DNA of 64,000 nucleotides, from contig OX442314.1 of the NCBI GenBank assembly GCA_949358305.1, positions 9,920,001 through 9,984,000 of the forward strand. Reading direction: 5' to 3'. How positions within the stretch are numbered: the first letter of the stretch is position 1; each line of letters begins with the position of its first letter. The notes under the pieces are model-generated. The model saw only the letters and a list, made by a program, of their open reading frames with translations, was not told the DNA's origin and searched no databases. This DNA comes from Strigamia acuminata. Taxonomy: Eukaryota. Positions 49,285 through 61,923 of this stretch are shown one piece after another. Made by a program: the position numbers and the translations under genes.

Positions 49285-49805
49285 AGGTTTGAATTTAGAC
49301 ATTTTCTGCATTTTTCTGCATAAAAACGTTTGAATTTAAACATTTTCTGTGTAAAAACGTTTGAATTTAGACATTTTCTGTGTAAAAACGTTAGAATTTA
49401 GACATTTTCTGCATAAAAACGTTTGAATTTAGACGTTTTCTGCATAAAAACGTTTGAATTTAGACATTTTCTGCATGAAAACGTTTGAATTTAGACATTT
49501 TCTGCACAAAAACGTTTGAATTTAGACATTTTCTGCATAAAAATGTTTGAATTTAGACATTTTCTGCATAAAAATATTTGAATTTACAAATTTTATGCAT
49601 AAAAACGTTTGAATTTAGACGTTTTCTGCATTAAAACGCTTGAATTTAGACATTTTCTGCATAAAAAAGTTTGAATTTAGACATTTTTTGCATTTTTCTG
49701 CATAAAAACGTTTGAATTTAGACATTTTCTGTGTAAAAACGTTAGAATTTAGACATTTTCTGTGGAAAAACGTTCGAATTTAGGCATTTTCTGCATGAAA
49801 ACACT
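49285..49805. repeat. ~30-bp minisatellite (AAAAACGTTTGAATTTAGACATTTTCTGCAT)
   Basis: Regular tandem units. Confidence 0.9.
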
Positions 49806-50515
49806 TAAAAACGCTTCCATTTTGAATAAAAAATGTCTGTTATTCGACATTTTCTACAAAAAAACAATCCAAAATGTCTGTTTTTCGACATTTTCTGCAT
49901 AAAAACAACCAAAAACATCTTTTTTTCCCATATTTCCAGTCTAAAAACAACCAAAACCATCGTTTTTCCCACATTCTCCCCACAAAAACAGTCAAAAACC
50001 CCCAAATTTCAACAAAAAAACCTCTCCTTTTCCACACATTCCGCATAAAACACCAAAAACCCACAAATTCCCCGACATTTTCCACCTAAAAACCACCAAA
50101 AACGCCCCAAATTCAATTCAAAACGACTTCTTTCGACATTTTCCCCTCTCGCACAACCCCACCATTTTGATTCCATTTCAAATCCCCCTCTACAACAAAT
50201 CACCGAATGGAATCCATCGCGATACGGTATCCGAGGGTCCCCGAGGGTCCCCGAACAGGTACGGCCGTTGATGTGGCCAGCGAACGTTTTTCCTTCCCTC
50301 CGCTGACAACTCGCGGTCCCCACCTCGAGCCAAGTGGAACCATCGAGACTGGAGTTTTCGGTCGGGCCAATGGGCGGCCGCGCGAGCTTAAAGGCGCTCG
50401 AGAGCCTCAGGGAACCTCCTCGAACTCACCTTAACTCCAATAATGGCGGCCGGGTCCACGTAGCGTTGCTCAGGTGCTCGGATTTGTGTTCAAAGTGTCG
50501 CGGAAACTCGACAAA

Positions 50516-50524
50516 ATGGTTCAG
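50516..50524 (+). CDS. Candidate alternative first exon coding tip (MVQ)
   Basis: CAAAATGG start context, consensus CAG|GTGAGT donor, phase 0, at the end of a CpG-rich island (~50200-50620). Confidence 0.55.
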
Positions 50525-50652
50525 GTGAGTCGGGCGAGGGGGAGGCGAGTTTGGTTTGGTTTTGGGTGGGTTGGGGGGGGGCGATGGAGGTGAGGGAGGG
50601 GTCGCGACGAGGTCGGTACCTGCAGCGTTTCTGTTTAAAGTTTTTGAAATTT

Positions 50653-50684
<32 letters not shown>

Positions 50685-53600
50685 GAGAGGAATTTTTAAG
50701 TTTGTTTTGGGAAAAATTATTTTTTTTTGGGAGGAAAAGAAAATGGAGGTTTTTGGAGGTTTTAATGTTTTGGTGATTTTGGGGTTTTGGGGGGGTTTGG
50801 GTCCAAAATGTTGGGTTTTTTGGGTTTTATTTTAGGTTTTTGAGTTTTTTTTTAGGTTTATTTTGTTTTTTAATGTTTTTTTTTTAGTTTTTTGGTGTTT
50901 TTTTGTTTTTTTTCGTGTTTTTTAGGTTTTATTGGTATTTTTTGGGTCCAAAATGTTGGGTTTTTTGACTTTTTTTAGGTTTTTGGTATGTTTTGTAGGT
51001 TTATTTTGTTTTTTAATGGATTTTCTCTCGTTTTTTCGGTTTTTTCGGTGGTTTTTTCGTGTTTCTTTAAGATTTTATTGGTGTTTTTTGGGTTTTTTCG
51101 TCTTTTTTTAAAGATTTTATTGGTGTTTTTTGGGTTTTTTCGTCTTTTTTAAAGATTTTATTGGTGGTTTTTGGGGTTTTTTGGGAGGTTTATTTGGTTT
51201 TTAAGTGTTTTTTCCCGTTTTCTTAGGTTTTTAGAAGGTTTTTTTAGGTTATTTTTAAGGTTTTTATTTAGTTTGGGTTTATTCTGTTTTTTTTTAGGTG
51301 TTTTTATATGTGTTCTAGGTTTTTTTTAAGGTATTTTAGGTTTTTTTTTAGGTATTTTAGATTTTTTTTTGGTTATTATAGATTTTTTGGGGTTTTTCGG
51401 TTGTTTTGGGTTTTTTGGGGTTTGATGAGTTGTGTTGTCAAGAACGAGACGACTCGAGATGCGGGTGATGGAGATGATGTTTAATAAAAGTTTCACGAAG
51501 AAGTTGCGGGTCGGTGGAATAAATGCGAGGTCAGTTTAGGGCGTCATAGAATCAGGAAGAGAATTAGAATGGTGGATTTTTGTTGTTGTTTTTTTTTTTA
51601 TATATTTATATATGTAACGTGGGGAAAATGTACGGTAATTACGATTTATCGTTTTTTAAATCAACTTTGACCGTGCGTGATAAGAAAAGTTGAGCTTGTC
51701 ACAGGGAAAATGCAAGTTATTCCGTTTGGATCGGTTAAATTATAACGTAAGTTTAAAATTTTTACCTTAAAATGGTCGAATTTAGAAAATTACGTTTTAA
51801 ATGGGGACAAAATCGGTCGCAAAACACGTTTTGTCACGTTAATTCGACGAGAAATAACCAAAAACGCAAAATTCTACGTTAATTCTTGAAGATTTAACGT
51901 TTTTTTGCACCAATGTAAATAAAAATATAACGTAAATTTAACATTTTACGTTAAAAAAGTCGAATTTATCGTTTCCTCACGTTAATTTTGAAAATTACGT
52001 ATCAGATTCGACAAAACCACAATTTTTAACGTTAAAAAATAACGTAAATAAAAATTTTAACGTTAACTTTCGGATCCGTTATAAAAATTCAATTTTCCGA
52101 GCAAAAATCGAAAAAAAAATAATATTTTATAACGGAAATGTCATATTTAACGTAAGGTCAATACACAAATGACACCCAATTTTTTTGTTATCTTTCTTTA
52201 TTATTTTTTTTAAAATTTATTATTTTCACCTGAGAGAAAACCAGGTGAAGGTCAGGTCAGTGACACGGGGCAGTGTGACGTCACAAATGTTTCTTTTTTA
52301 CTACGATTTTCGTCATGAGCGTTGGATGAATGAGACGTAAGTTTCATTCCGTTCGATGAGGCCGGAAGTCGGTTTGGGAGAGTCGCTCGTGCGTGACGTC
52401 ATTTTGGTGGGAATGAATGGAACGTAATTGGAGTATACTGAGGGAGTGCAGGGCCAGGATGCTGCGTTGCTATGACAACGTGCCACCTGTTATATCGGAA
52501 GTATCGGGCCTAGTCGGTTTGGATTGATTTTCTACCGTATTTTTACTGCGGTTTTGACGTTTTGTGTTGGGTTTTTCTTTTAATTTTGTGTTTGGTTTTA
52601 ATTTTTAACGTAGTCATTTGAGTTTTGGGTTATTTATACGCGATTTTTGGAATTACGTTTTAACGTTAAGTCTTTACTGTAAATTCTACGTTATTAATGT
52701 GAATATAACGGGGAAAATTGATTTAATGGAAGATTAACGTGATGTGATGTTCTAAAATAAAAATAAAACTTGGAATTATAACGGATATGGTTTGTTTGGT
52801 AACGTAAAATTTAAATTTTACGTTAATAACGATTTATTTTATTTTTTTAAATAGTTAAAACGCTATTTCCACCGGAAATTCAACGTAAAACGTTATTCCA
52901 AAACAAAAATAAAACTTAAAACATAACGAAAACGTTTTTTTCTTAACGTAAAATCCAAATCTTACGTTAAAACAATTTTTTTTCATTTTGAAAAACGCTA
53001 TTTCCACCGTTTCCGTTTACTTAACCTTAAACGCTATTTCCACCGTTAATTCAACGTGAAACGATATTCCAAAAGAAAAATAAAATTTAAAACATAACGG
53101 AAACGTTTTTTTCCAACGTAAAATCCAAATTCTACGTTAAAACAATTTCTTTTCACTTTGAAAAACGCTATTTCCACCGTTTATTCAAAATAAAACGTTA
53201 TTCCAAACCGAAAATAAAAGTGATAATTATAACGGAAACGATAATTTTATAACGTAAAATCCAAACTTTACGTTAAACCAATTACCTTACACTAAAAAAA
53301 ACACTCAAACCGCTATTTCCACCGTTAAAACACCCCAAAAACCTCATCCCAACGTAAAAAAAACAAAACTCTACCGTAAAATAAAACCAAAAACCCAAAA
53401 CATCCATTTCAAAATTGCAAATTCCAGCCACCAGTCACGAGATCCAATTTCCTCCTCAACCCGCCACGGAACCTCGTCCTTGATCCCGAATCAACACAAA
53501 CAATTTCCACCAACTTCCCTCATTACATTCGCAAATTCCTGCCCTTGAAAATCAATTGTCCGCAACACGTCTTACACAATCATGCGCACTGTGCTCCAAT

Positions 53601-53870
53601 TAGCCGACCACCTAAGTACACGCTGCACACCGACCGAGCTCCTTAACACCCATTGCCGAATACGAAGACTAACCTTGACGGATCGACGGGCGTGGTTATA
53701 TCGCACGCATTCATTCCATTGCTCGCGGGGCGCGACCGTAAAACACTACTTAAAATCGAACAACACTTAAGCGGACGAAAAAACATTGAAACAATCATTA
53801 AAAATCCAAAGAAATGTCGTTTTTTTGCACTGTTCCATGACTCACACGACCCTTTGTTGCCATTTTGCAG

Positions 53871-53954
53871 CTTCCAGACGGGGTGGAGTTGACCCTCAAC
53901 GAGCTACAAGACATGGCCGCCAGACAGCAACAACAAATAGAAAACCAACAACAG
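53871..53954 (+). CDS. ASPP: ASPP exon LPDGVELTLNELQDMAARQQQQIENQQQ
   Basis: TTTTGCAG acceptor, CAG|GTGGGT donor; matches the ASPP LTLxELQxMAxRQQQQIExQQQ motif. Confidence 0.93.
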
Positions 53955-54033
53955 GTGGGTCGTCTACTCTTGTCTTTTTAATCGTTCAGAATCCGTAAGG
54001 ATTTGTCATTAGAAGATGCAATAGAAAAGGTTC

Positions 54034-54304
54034 TACTCGCGGCTTTGCGATCCCGTTCTGCGCAGGCGATTTTCTAATTCCAGTTGTGTTATTCAGCAGC
54101 ATTAAGCCTAATATTAGGCCTAATAAGGCCAAAATACTCGGTAAACAATAATAAACTCATCATTAAAAGTAATTCACAGTGTATTATCAAAATATGGTTG
54201 CTTATTTATTTTATTTTAGCATTATTAGGCCTAATAATAGGCTTAATATTGTTAAATAACGACTGGAATTAGAAAATCGTATGCGCTGAATGGGATGCGC
54301 AGTA
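54034..54304. mobile_element. Degenerate MITE / inverted repeat
   Basis: CGATTTTCTAATTCCAGT and ACTGGAATTAGAAAATCG arms. Confidence 0.6.
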
Positions 54305-54356
54305 CGAATTTAGCATCAAGATACCAGGGCGCGAACTGTAGTCCTCGCGGCTTTTA

Positions 54357-54841
54357 CACTGGAAAAAAAAGTAGATTTACATGCTTGTAAAACATTGTAA
54401 ATATAAAGGTAGATGGGTTTTACAAGTTTGGAAATTAGATTTACAAACAATTGAAAATAAGCTTTTTCTCAGCATATTTACAATCTCGGAAAGAGACCAT
54501 TTCCATGATTTTTTTCTACAATAACTTTACAAACATTTTCAATTATGTAATTTTGAAATGTTATAATATATTTCCAATGTATTTCCAATATATTTCTTAT
54601 ATAAAAAATCTACTACCCTGAAAGAAAACTGATTGTAAATATAATATTTTAAACAACAAATTTACGATTTATTGGAAATATTAGATTTCACCTTTAGTAT
54701 TTACTACTAATTTCCAAAAGCGTGGAAACGTATAAATATTTACAACACCTTTTCAACAAATTTTCTCGTAACAGGAAATTCAAATTTTCCATATTAATTT
54801 CCAACTTGGAAGTGTTTGGAAATTTACTTTTTATCCCAGCG
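54357..54841. mobile_element. CACTG-ended (CMC/EnSpm-like) non-autonomous element
   Basis: CACTGGAAAAAAAAGTAGATTT vs AAATTTACTTTTTATCCCAGCG, TTA on both flanks. Confidence 0.5.
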
Positions 54842-55214
54842 TTATCTTTATCGATCAATGTCGGAGACCATTGGCAATGCCGTCAAATTTACGGTCTCAT
54901 CGCTCATAAGCCTAACAGTCCCGGTATGCGCCCCTGATAGTTTAGTGCATCTCTATCACCACTCTCTTCCGGCACTGTTTACAAATTGAACAAAATGACT
55001 TTATCACCTATTTACCTTTATTATTCCGCAATTTGGTGAAGCATGACGCTCAGTAAGAAACAACAATTCATAAACTTCTCCGTAAGAATCTGAGGTTGCC
55101 CGGGCATAACACCCTTGGACTTCTTCTTGCGGGTTATATGAAAGTTATACCAAATAAGGGATATAAATGACCTTAAGCAAAGAATAACTGCTGCCATTGA
55201 GACCATCCATAGTG

Positions 55215-56112
55215 GAGAAGGCCCATGCCATTGTGAGGGCCCTTATACTACTGTGAGGGCCCCCAGAAAATATTTTTCAATTGAGGCCTCAAAAAAAGGC
55301 TTTCCAAGGGGCCCCATGCCATTCTGAGAGCCCCATGTCACTGTTAGGTCCCCAAAATATATTTTTCAATTGAGGCTCTAAAAAAGGCTTCCCAAAGGGC
55401 CCCAAAAATCTTTTTTCAATTGTGGCCCCAAAAAAGGCTTCCCAAAGGGCCCCCATGCCACTGTTAAGGCCCCCAAAATATTTTTTACAATTGAGGTCCC
55501 AAAAAGGCTTTCCAAAGGGCCCCCATGCCATTATGAGGGTCCCATGCCACTGTTAGGACCCCCAAAATATATTTTTCAATTAAGGCTCTAAAGCAGGCTT
55601 CCCAAAGGGCCCCCATGCCACTATTAGGGCCCCCATGCCTTTGTTAGGTCCAAAAATTCTTTTTTTCAATTAAGCCTCCAAAAAGGCTTCCCAAAGGGGC
55701 CCCATGTCACTGTTAGGGCCCCCAAAATCTTTTTTTTAATTTAGGCCCCAAAAAAGGCTTTCCAAAGGGCCCACATGCCATTGTGAGGGCCCCCAAATCT
55801 TTTTTCAATTAAGGCCCCAAAAAAGGCTTTCCAAAGGGCCCCCATGTCACTGTTAGGGCCCCCAAAACCTTTTTTCAATTGAGGCCCCAAAAAAGGCTTT
55901 CCAAAGGGCCCTCATGCCATTGTGAGGTCCCACATGCCACTGTTAGGGCCCCCATGCCATTGTTAGGTCCAAAGAATCTTTTTTTCAATTAAGGCCCCAA
56001 AAAGGCTTTCCAAAGGGGCTCCATGTCACTGTTAGGGTCCCCAAAATCTTTTTTTCAATTGAGGCCCCAAAAAAGGCTTTCCAAAGGGCCCCTAAACCCT
56101 AAATCTGCCTCT
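55215..56112. repeat. Minisatellite (CCAAAGGGCCCCCATGCCACTGTTAGG), ~80-100-bp higher-order units
   Basis: Tandem units. Confidence 0.85.
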
Positions 56113-56854
56113 GGTCTAACTTAGGCCTAAGATATTTGGACTTGATGACATTATCTTCACTTAACCTTGATGGTTAGGAGAAATGAGGTAATTATGATGT
56201 CAAATACGTCATATCCTGTGCCATTAAATTAACCAAGTGGTTTAGTCGAATAGTCCAAGGACATTTAGCCTGTAGGTTGTTAGATTATAATGGGATATTA
56301 AATTTAAGGTTTGGGCAAGTGAAATGGTTTAATAATAAGGTTCCCCCTTGTTCGCGACCCCTTGTTCCCCCTCCCGGTGTAATTGTTCCCCCCACAACAT
56401 CTGTCATGCTTAGTACGCCACTCTTTACATCAATTGGAACGCGTCCCTTGTTGGGAACGCCATCTGGGACGCGCGGATGCTGCGGTTTAATAAAAAGGAT
56501 GAGGATGAAAAGATTGGTGGGTGATGGCGGTGGTGTTGATAGAGTTGTAGTTGTCGGGCCAAATTGGATTTGCACGAGTAAATTCGATTGTGAGGGGGCC
56601 GGGGTGGGGCGGGGTGGTTGGAGAAGGTCGTTTTTTTTATTGTCGGAGGTTTAAAGGAAGTTAATGGAAGTTTAGTGAGTGATGATGTAATTGAATGGGT
56701 TAATTGGACAATTAATTGGGCAATTTAGGCGAAAATTGGGTCTGGAAAGCGGTTTCTAGCTTTTTTTTCTTGGTGGGATGATGTCGATTAGGGCAAATTA
56801 GAACATTTTTCGGGTTTTACGAGTTAGTTCTGGTTAAATTATAGTTTTTCCAGT

Positions 56855-57280
56855 TTTTTTGACGTGATTTCTGCTAAATTACATTATTTTCTGGTTTTTA
56901 TGACGTGATGTTTGCCAAATTACATCATTTTCTGGTTTTTATGACGTGATGTTTGCCAAATTACATCATTTTCCGTTTTTTATGACGTGATTTCTGCCAA
57001 ATTTCATCATTGTCCGGTTCTTATCACGTGATTTCTGCCAAATTACATCATTGTCCGGTTTTTATGACGTGATTTCTGCCAAATTACATCATTTTCCGTT
57101 TTTTATGACGTGATTTCTGCCAAATTTTATCATTGTCCGGTTTTTATGACGTCATTTCTGCCAAATTACACCATTATCCGGTTTTTATGACGTCATTTCT
57201 GCCAAATTACATCATTTTCCGGTTCTTATGACGTGATTTCTGCCAAATTACATCATTGTCCGGTTTTTACGACGTCATAT
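56855..57280. repeat. ~39-bp minisatellite (TTATGACGTGATTTCTGCCAAATTACATCAT)
   Basis: About ten tandem units. Confidence 0.9.
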
Positions 57281-57540
57281 CCGGCAATACACGCCGTCTT
57301 AATGACGCTTTCTCATTGAAATAATAACGCTTCAATGTTTTGGTGTTTTTCTTCATTTTGATTTAATTTTTTGCCACGTTACGTCGCTGTGGCACAGCCA
57401 TCAAAATGGCGGTTTGTTTGTTTGTTCATTTCCGAAAAGTTTGGAAGAAGTGCAACGAAATCAGGATGAACGAGTGACATAATAAAAAGAGCAATGATAA
57501 TAATAATAAAATACTAATCCAATTGAAACTGTCGTTGTAG

Positions 57541-57730
57541 ATGTTAGTCGCGAAGGAGCAGCGGCTCAAGTTCCTCAAACAACAGGAAGTTCGCCACCAC
57601 CAAATGGCGACGGAAAACGAACGTCTTCGCCGACTGAGGGAGAAAGTAGAGGCGCAAGAGCTCAAGCTGCGGAAATTGAGGGCACTCAGGGGACAAGTGG
57701 ACCAGCAAAAGGCAAACAACAACACCCTGT
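57541..57730 (+). CDS. ASPP: ASPP exon ([16 protein letters not shown]...[13 protein letters not shown])
   Basis: Conserved [11 protein letters not shown] motif; TAG acceptor, T|GTATGT donor, phase 1. Confidence 0.93.
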
Positions 57731-57841
57731 GTATGTAATACATCAATAAGACAATCGCCATTATCAATGATGTCATATAACCTCGTTTTCGCCATTCAAA
57801 CTAATGAAGGGAAACAACAAAAATTGTTTGTCTCTTTGCAG

Positions 57842-58026
57842 CGTCCGAGTTGGACTCCATACGGGCACTGTTCAACGAAAAGGAAAAAGAACTCTCTCTG
57901 GCCGTCGCCAAAGTGGACGAACTCACCCGCCAACTCGAGGAACTCAGGCGCGGGCGACTGGCGAACGGAAATTCCGCCAACGTGCCATCTCACGCCGATT
58001 TGGAGAAGCTAAGGAGAGAATTGATG
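57842..58026 (+). CDS. ASPP: ASPP exon (SELDSIRALFNEKEKELSLAVAKVDELTRQLEEL...)
   Basis: Conserved LAVxKVxELTRQLE motif; TTTGCAG acceptor, ATG|GTAACT donor. Confidence 0.93.
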
Positions 58027-58134
58027 GTAACTGAAATGTCTTCTTTTTTTAAATGGAATTTATTAGCGTGGAGCTCCGAATAAACACAAGGGCGTTTAAT
58101 TTTTTAAGAGCTGACTCGATCAATTTTTTTATGG

Positions 58135-58845
58135 GATTTTAGGACAAAAACTGGAATTTTCTGCATAAAATTGAACTTTGTAGTCTAAAAATTGGGATTT
58201 TTATGCAGAAAATTGTACTTTTTAGGCTTAAAATTGGGATTTTTATGCAGAAAACCGTACTTTGAAGGTTTAATAATGTAAATTTTATGCACAAAATTGA
58301 CTTTTTAGGCTTAATCATGTAAATTTTATGCACAAAATTGACTTTTTAGACTTAATCATGTAAATTTTATGCACAAAATTGACTTTTTAGACTTAAAATG
58401 AAAACTTTATGCACAAAATTGACTTTTTAGACCAACAAATGTAATTTTATGCACAAAACCATGCTTTACAGGCTTAATAATGGAATTCTAGGCACAAAAT
58501 TGTACATTTTAGGCCCACAAATGGAATTTTTATGCACAAAAATGAACTTTTTAGGCCTAAAATTGGAATTTTCTGCACAAAACTGTAGTTTTTGGCTCAA
58601 AATTGGGATTTTTATACAGAAAACCATACTTTATAGGCTTAATAATGGAATTCTATACACAAAATTGCACATTTTAGGCCCACGAATGGAAATTTTATGC
58701 ACAAAATTGCACATTTTAGACCCAAAATTGGAATTTTATGCAGAAAACCGTCCTTTTTAGGCTTAATAATGGACATTTTATGCACAAAACCGTACTTTTT
58801 AGGCTTAACAAAGGAATTTTAGGCCAAAAAATGGAATTTTCTGCT
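58135..58845. repeat. Intronic ~40-bp minisatellite (TTTTATGCACAAAATTG)
   Basis: Tandem degenerate units. Confidence 0.85.
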
Positions 58846-58984
58846 CTTTTGACGCCTAAATTTGATGTTTTCAGACCTCCTTGCTACGTTTGTAAATGTG
58901 CACAATAAAAGCCCAAAATTCGCAGCTTCACGGCATTCAATAAGATTGAACATTAATTCTTCTTTTCGTTTTCTCTCTGCGCAG

Positions 58985-59812
58985 TATCGAAACAAATTAA
59001 ACGAAGCTCAGAGCGCGCAGTTGGCGCAGCAGCGTGAAGCGCTCTCTCGAGGCCAGGAAGAAATGCAACGCGTCGACCGACGCATCGCCGAGTTGCAGCA
59101 GCGTCTGCATCGCAAGCGGCTCCTCAACCACCAACTCTCCAACCAGATCAACTGCGCCGCCTCGGCGAAACAGACGCTGCAAACGCCGCCCGTCGTCCCG
59201 TCCTTCGCCGCGGGACTCGCACGCACGCGTCCCCGGCCTCTGAGCGCCAACATCGCCGCTGTGGAGCCCTTCAAGCACACTCCCAAGGAGCCCCCAACCG
59301 AAAAAACGCCCAGCGTCCCCCCGCACCCCTCGCCGAACGCCAACACGACGCAGGACGACCTCCACCCGAAACTCAGCGCCAGCAAGGGCGACGAATTGGC
59401 CGAATTTCAGGCGTCCAAAGGGGATCCGAAATACCAGACGCTGCCCATCAACACGCGTTTCACGACCAAGGGGGGCAAGGGGGGCGAGGAGGTTGGGTCG
59501 GACGCGCCGGAAGAGAAGGAGAAGGGCCCGGGCCCGCACGCGGTCGTGCACAGCATTCCCGCGTACGCGCCGCCGAAGGGACACGCGACGACGCCGTCGG
59601 TTGGTCAGTGGGCGGGGGTCGGGAAGGTGACGAATTTGACGCCGAAGCCGTATGGGGTGGCGCATAGTTCGCTGATTCCGAGCAGGGTGCCGAGTTCGAC
59701 GGTTACGAGTATGGCTGTGGCGCCTAAGTATGTGCCGCCGCCGCCGCCTGGTGGGAGTGTGGCGTTCAGGGGGCTGCCGCACACGCCGCTCACCGCACCG
59801 AATGCTCCACAG
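58985..59812 (+). CDS. ASPP: ASPP exon, coiled coil to Pro-rich region (YRNKLNE..IAELQQRL..IAAVEP..KYQTLP)
   Basis: Pyrimidine-rich GCAG acceptor, CAG|GTAATA donor, 828 nt, phase 0-0. Confidence 0.92.
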
Positions 59813-60029
59813 GTAATAAAATTGAATAATAGAGTTGTGTGTTGTTTTATTGTGGGTTTGTGGACTGTTTGGAAGATGGGTTTTGTTAAATTGTAATGGG
59901 AAAAGTGAATTTTTAGTCATGGATTCAAATTTTGCTAATATTTTTTTATAGAAAATAGCAATTTTTGTCAAATTTTGTTTAATGATGTTCGAAATTTGCT
60001 AAATTCATTGAAAAGATTCAAGATTGGTA

Positions 60030-60400
60030 GATTTTCCATTAAAAAATTGAAATTTTGGAAGATTTTTCATTAAAAAATTGGAATTTTGCTAAATTTTGCA
60101 TTAAAAAATTGAAATTTTGCTAAATTTTCCATTGAAAATATTCAAAATCACTGAATTTTTTATTGAAAATATTCAAAATCATTGAATTTTTTATAAGAAA
60201 TATTCAAAATCACTAAATTTTCCATTGAAAAAATTCAAAATCATTGAATTTTTTATAAGAAATATTCAAAATCACTAAAATTTCCAATTGAAAAAATTGA
60301 AAATAATTAAAATTTTCATTAAAAAATTTAAAGTCACTAAATTTTCCACTAAAAAATCGCAAAAATTTTCTCAAATTTTCCATTAGATAATCGTAAAATT
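60030..60400. repeat. AT-rich degenerate minisatellite
   Basis: AAATTTTCCATTGAAAA-like units. Confidence 0.7.
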
Positions 60401-60568
60401 TCATTCCATCACTTTTCCCATCCAAAGCTAGTGTGCGATTCTCTATTATAACACTAATTAGTAATTACGTATTTTAAATTTTCCAACGCTTTATTAGAGA
60501 CCCGCGCACAACGAGAGGAAATACTGTGATAATTTATTAATTAATTAAATTTTCTTTTGTTTATTTAG

Positions 60569-60981
60569 AAGCCATCGAGTCATTCTGCGCCTAGACCGGC
60601 GCCGATTTACCAGACGTCATCGACGCGTATTGCGCCGGTTACGCCGCACACCCTGAGCGCGACTCCGCAAGGTTTTCTGAAGGAAGTGGAAGACGACGCT
60701 GTCGTGTCCGCCGTGGCGAAGATTTCGAGCTTACCTTCTTGTCAGAGTGTCGGTGATGTGACGGCGGGGTTTGGTGATGTCGGTGCGGGAGATGGCGGTG
60801 CGGAGGTGGCGGCCAAACCTGTTTTGCCTCCTAAGCCGAGCGTGCCGATGAAACCGACGCCGCCGCCCCGACAGATACACGCGGAGAGAGCTAAGATTGA
60901 TACTTCGCCCGATGCTGTTGACTCGGCGCTCAGCATTCTGAGGGGCAATCAGAGTCCGAACAATACACCAAATGTGTTTAG
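60569..60981 (+). CDS. ASPP: ASPP Pro-rich exon (KPVLPPKPSVPMKPTPPPR)
   Basis: TTTAG acceptor, AG|GTACGA donor, phase 0 in, phase 2 out. Confidence 0.85.
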
Positions 60982-61044
60982 GTACGAATCAGAGTTTTCT
61001 GTGTTTTTTGAATTTGATTTCATTTGTTTTCATATTTCTATCTT

Positions 61045-61880
61045 TATCAATTTTTTTTATCGATTTTTTATCGATTTTTTTTATTTTTTATCGATTTTTT
61101 TTATTTTTTATCGATTTTTATCGATTTTTTCGATTTTTTGTTTAATTTTTCGAGTTTTTTTTTTTTTTTTTTTTTTTTGTTTAATTTTTTGAGTTTTTGT
61201 TTAATTTTTCGAGTTTTTGTTTAATTTTTCGGATTTTCGTTTAATTTTTCGAATTTCTGTTTAATTTTTCGAATTTTCGTTTAATTTTTCGAATTTTCGT
61301 TTAATTTTTCGAATTTTATGAAAATCTTTTCGAGTTTTTCTAATTTTTTCGAATTTTTGTTTAATTTTCGAAATTTGTTAAATTTTTCGAGTTTTTCTTT
61401 AATTTTTCGAGTTTTTCTTTATTTTTTCGAGTTTTTCTTTATTTTTTCGAGTTTTTCTTTGTTTTATCGAGTTTTTGTTGAATTTTTCGAGTTTTTGTTT
61501 AATATTTTCGAGTTTTTATTTATTTTTTCGAGTTGTTTTTAATTTTTCGAGTTTTTGTTTATTTTTTCGAGTTTTTCTTTATTTTTTCGAGTTTTTGTTG
61601 AATTTTTCGAGTTTTTGTTTAATCTTTTCGAGTTTTTGTTGAATTTTTCGAATTTAAATTAATTTTTCGAATTTAAATTAATATTTCGAATTTTCGTTTA
61701 ATTTTTTGAATTTTCGTTTAATTTTTTAAATTTTCGTTTAATTTTTTGAATTTTCGTTTAATTTGTCGAATTTTCGTTTAATTTTTCAAATTTTCGTTTA
61801 ATTTTTCAAATTTTCGTTTAATTTTTCAGATTTTCGTTTAATTTTTCAAATTTTCGTTTAATTTTTCGAGTTTTTCTTTA
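61045..61880. repeat. T-rich minisatellite (TTAATTTTTCGAATTTTCGT)
   Basis: 20-bp tandem units. Confidence 0.9.
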
Positions 61881-61923
61881 ATTTTTCCAACTTTAATTCA
61901 TTTTTTTCTTTCATTTCCCTTAG

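Noticed and set aside
58997..59971. 324-aa minus-strand ORF (also 61858-62499 and 63711-63977)
   Set aside because: Antisense shadows of GC-rich ASPP exons.
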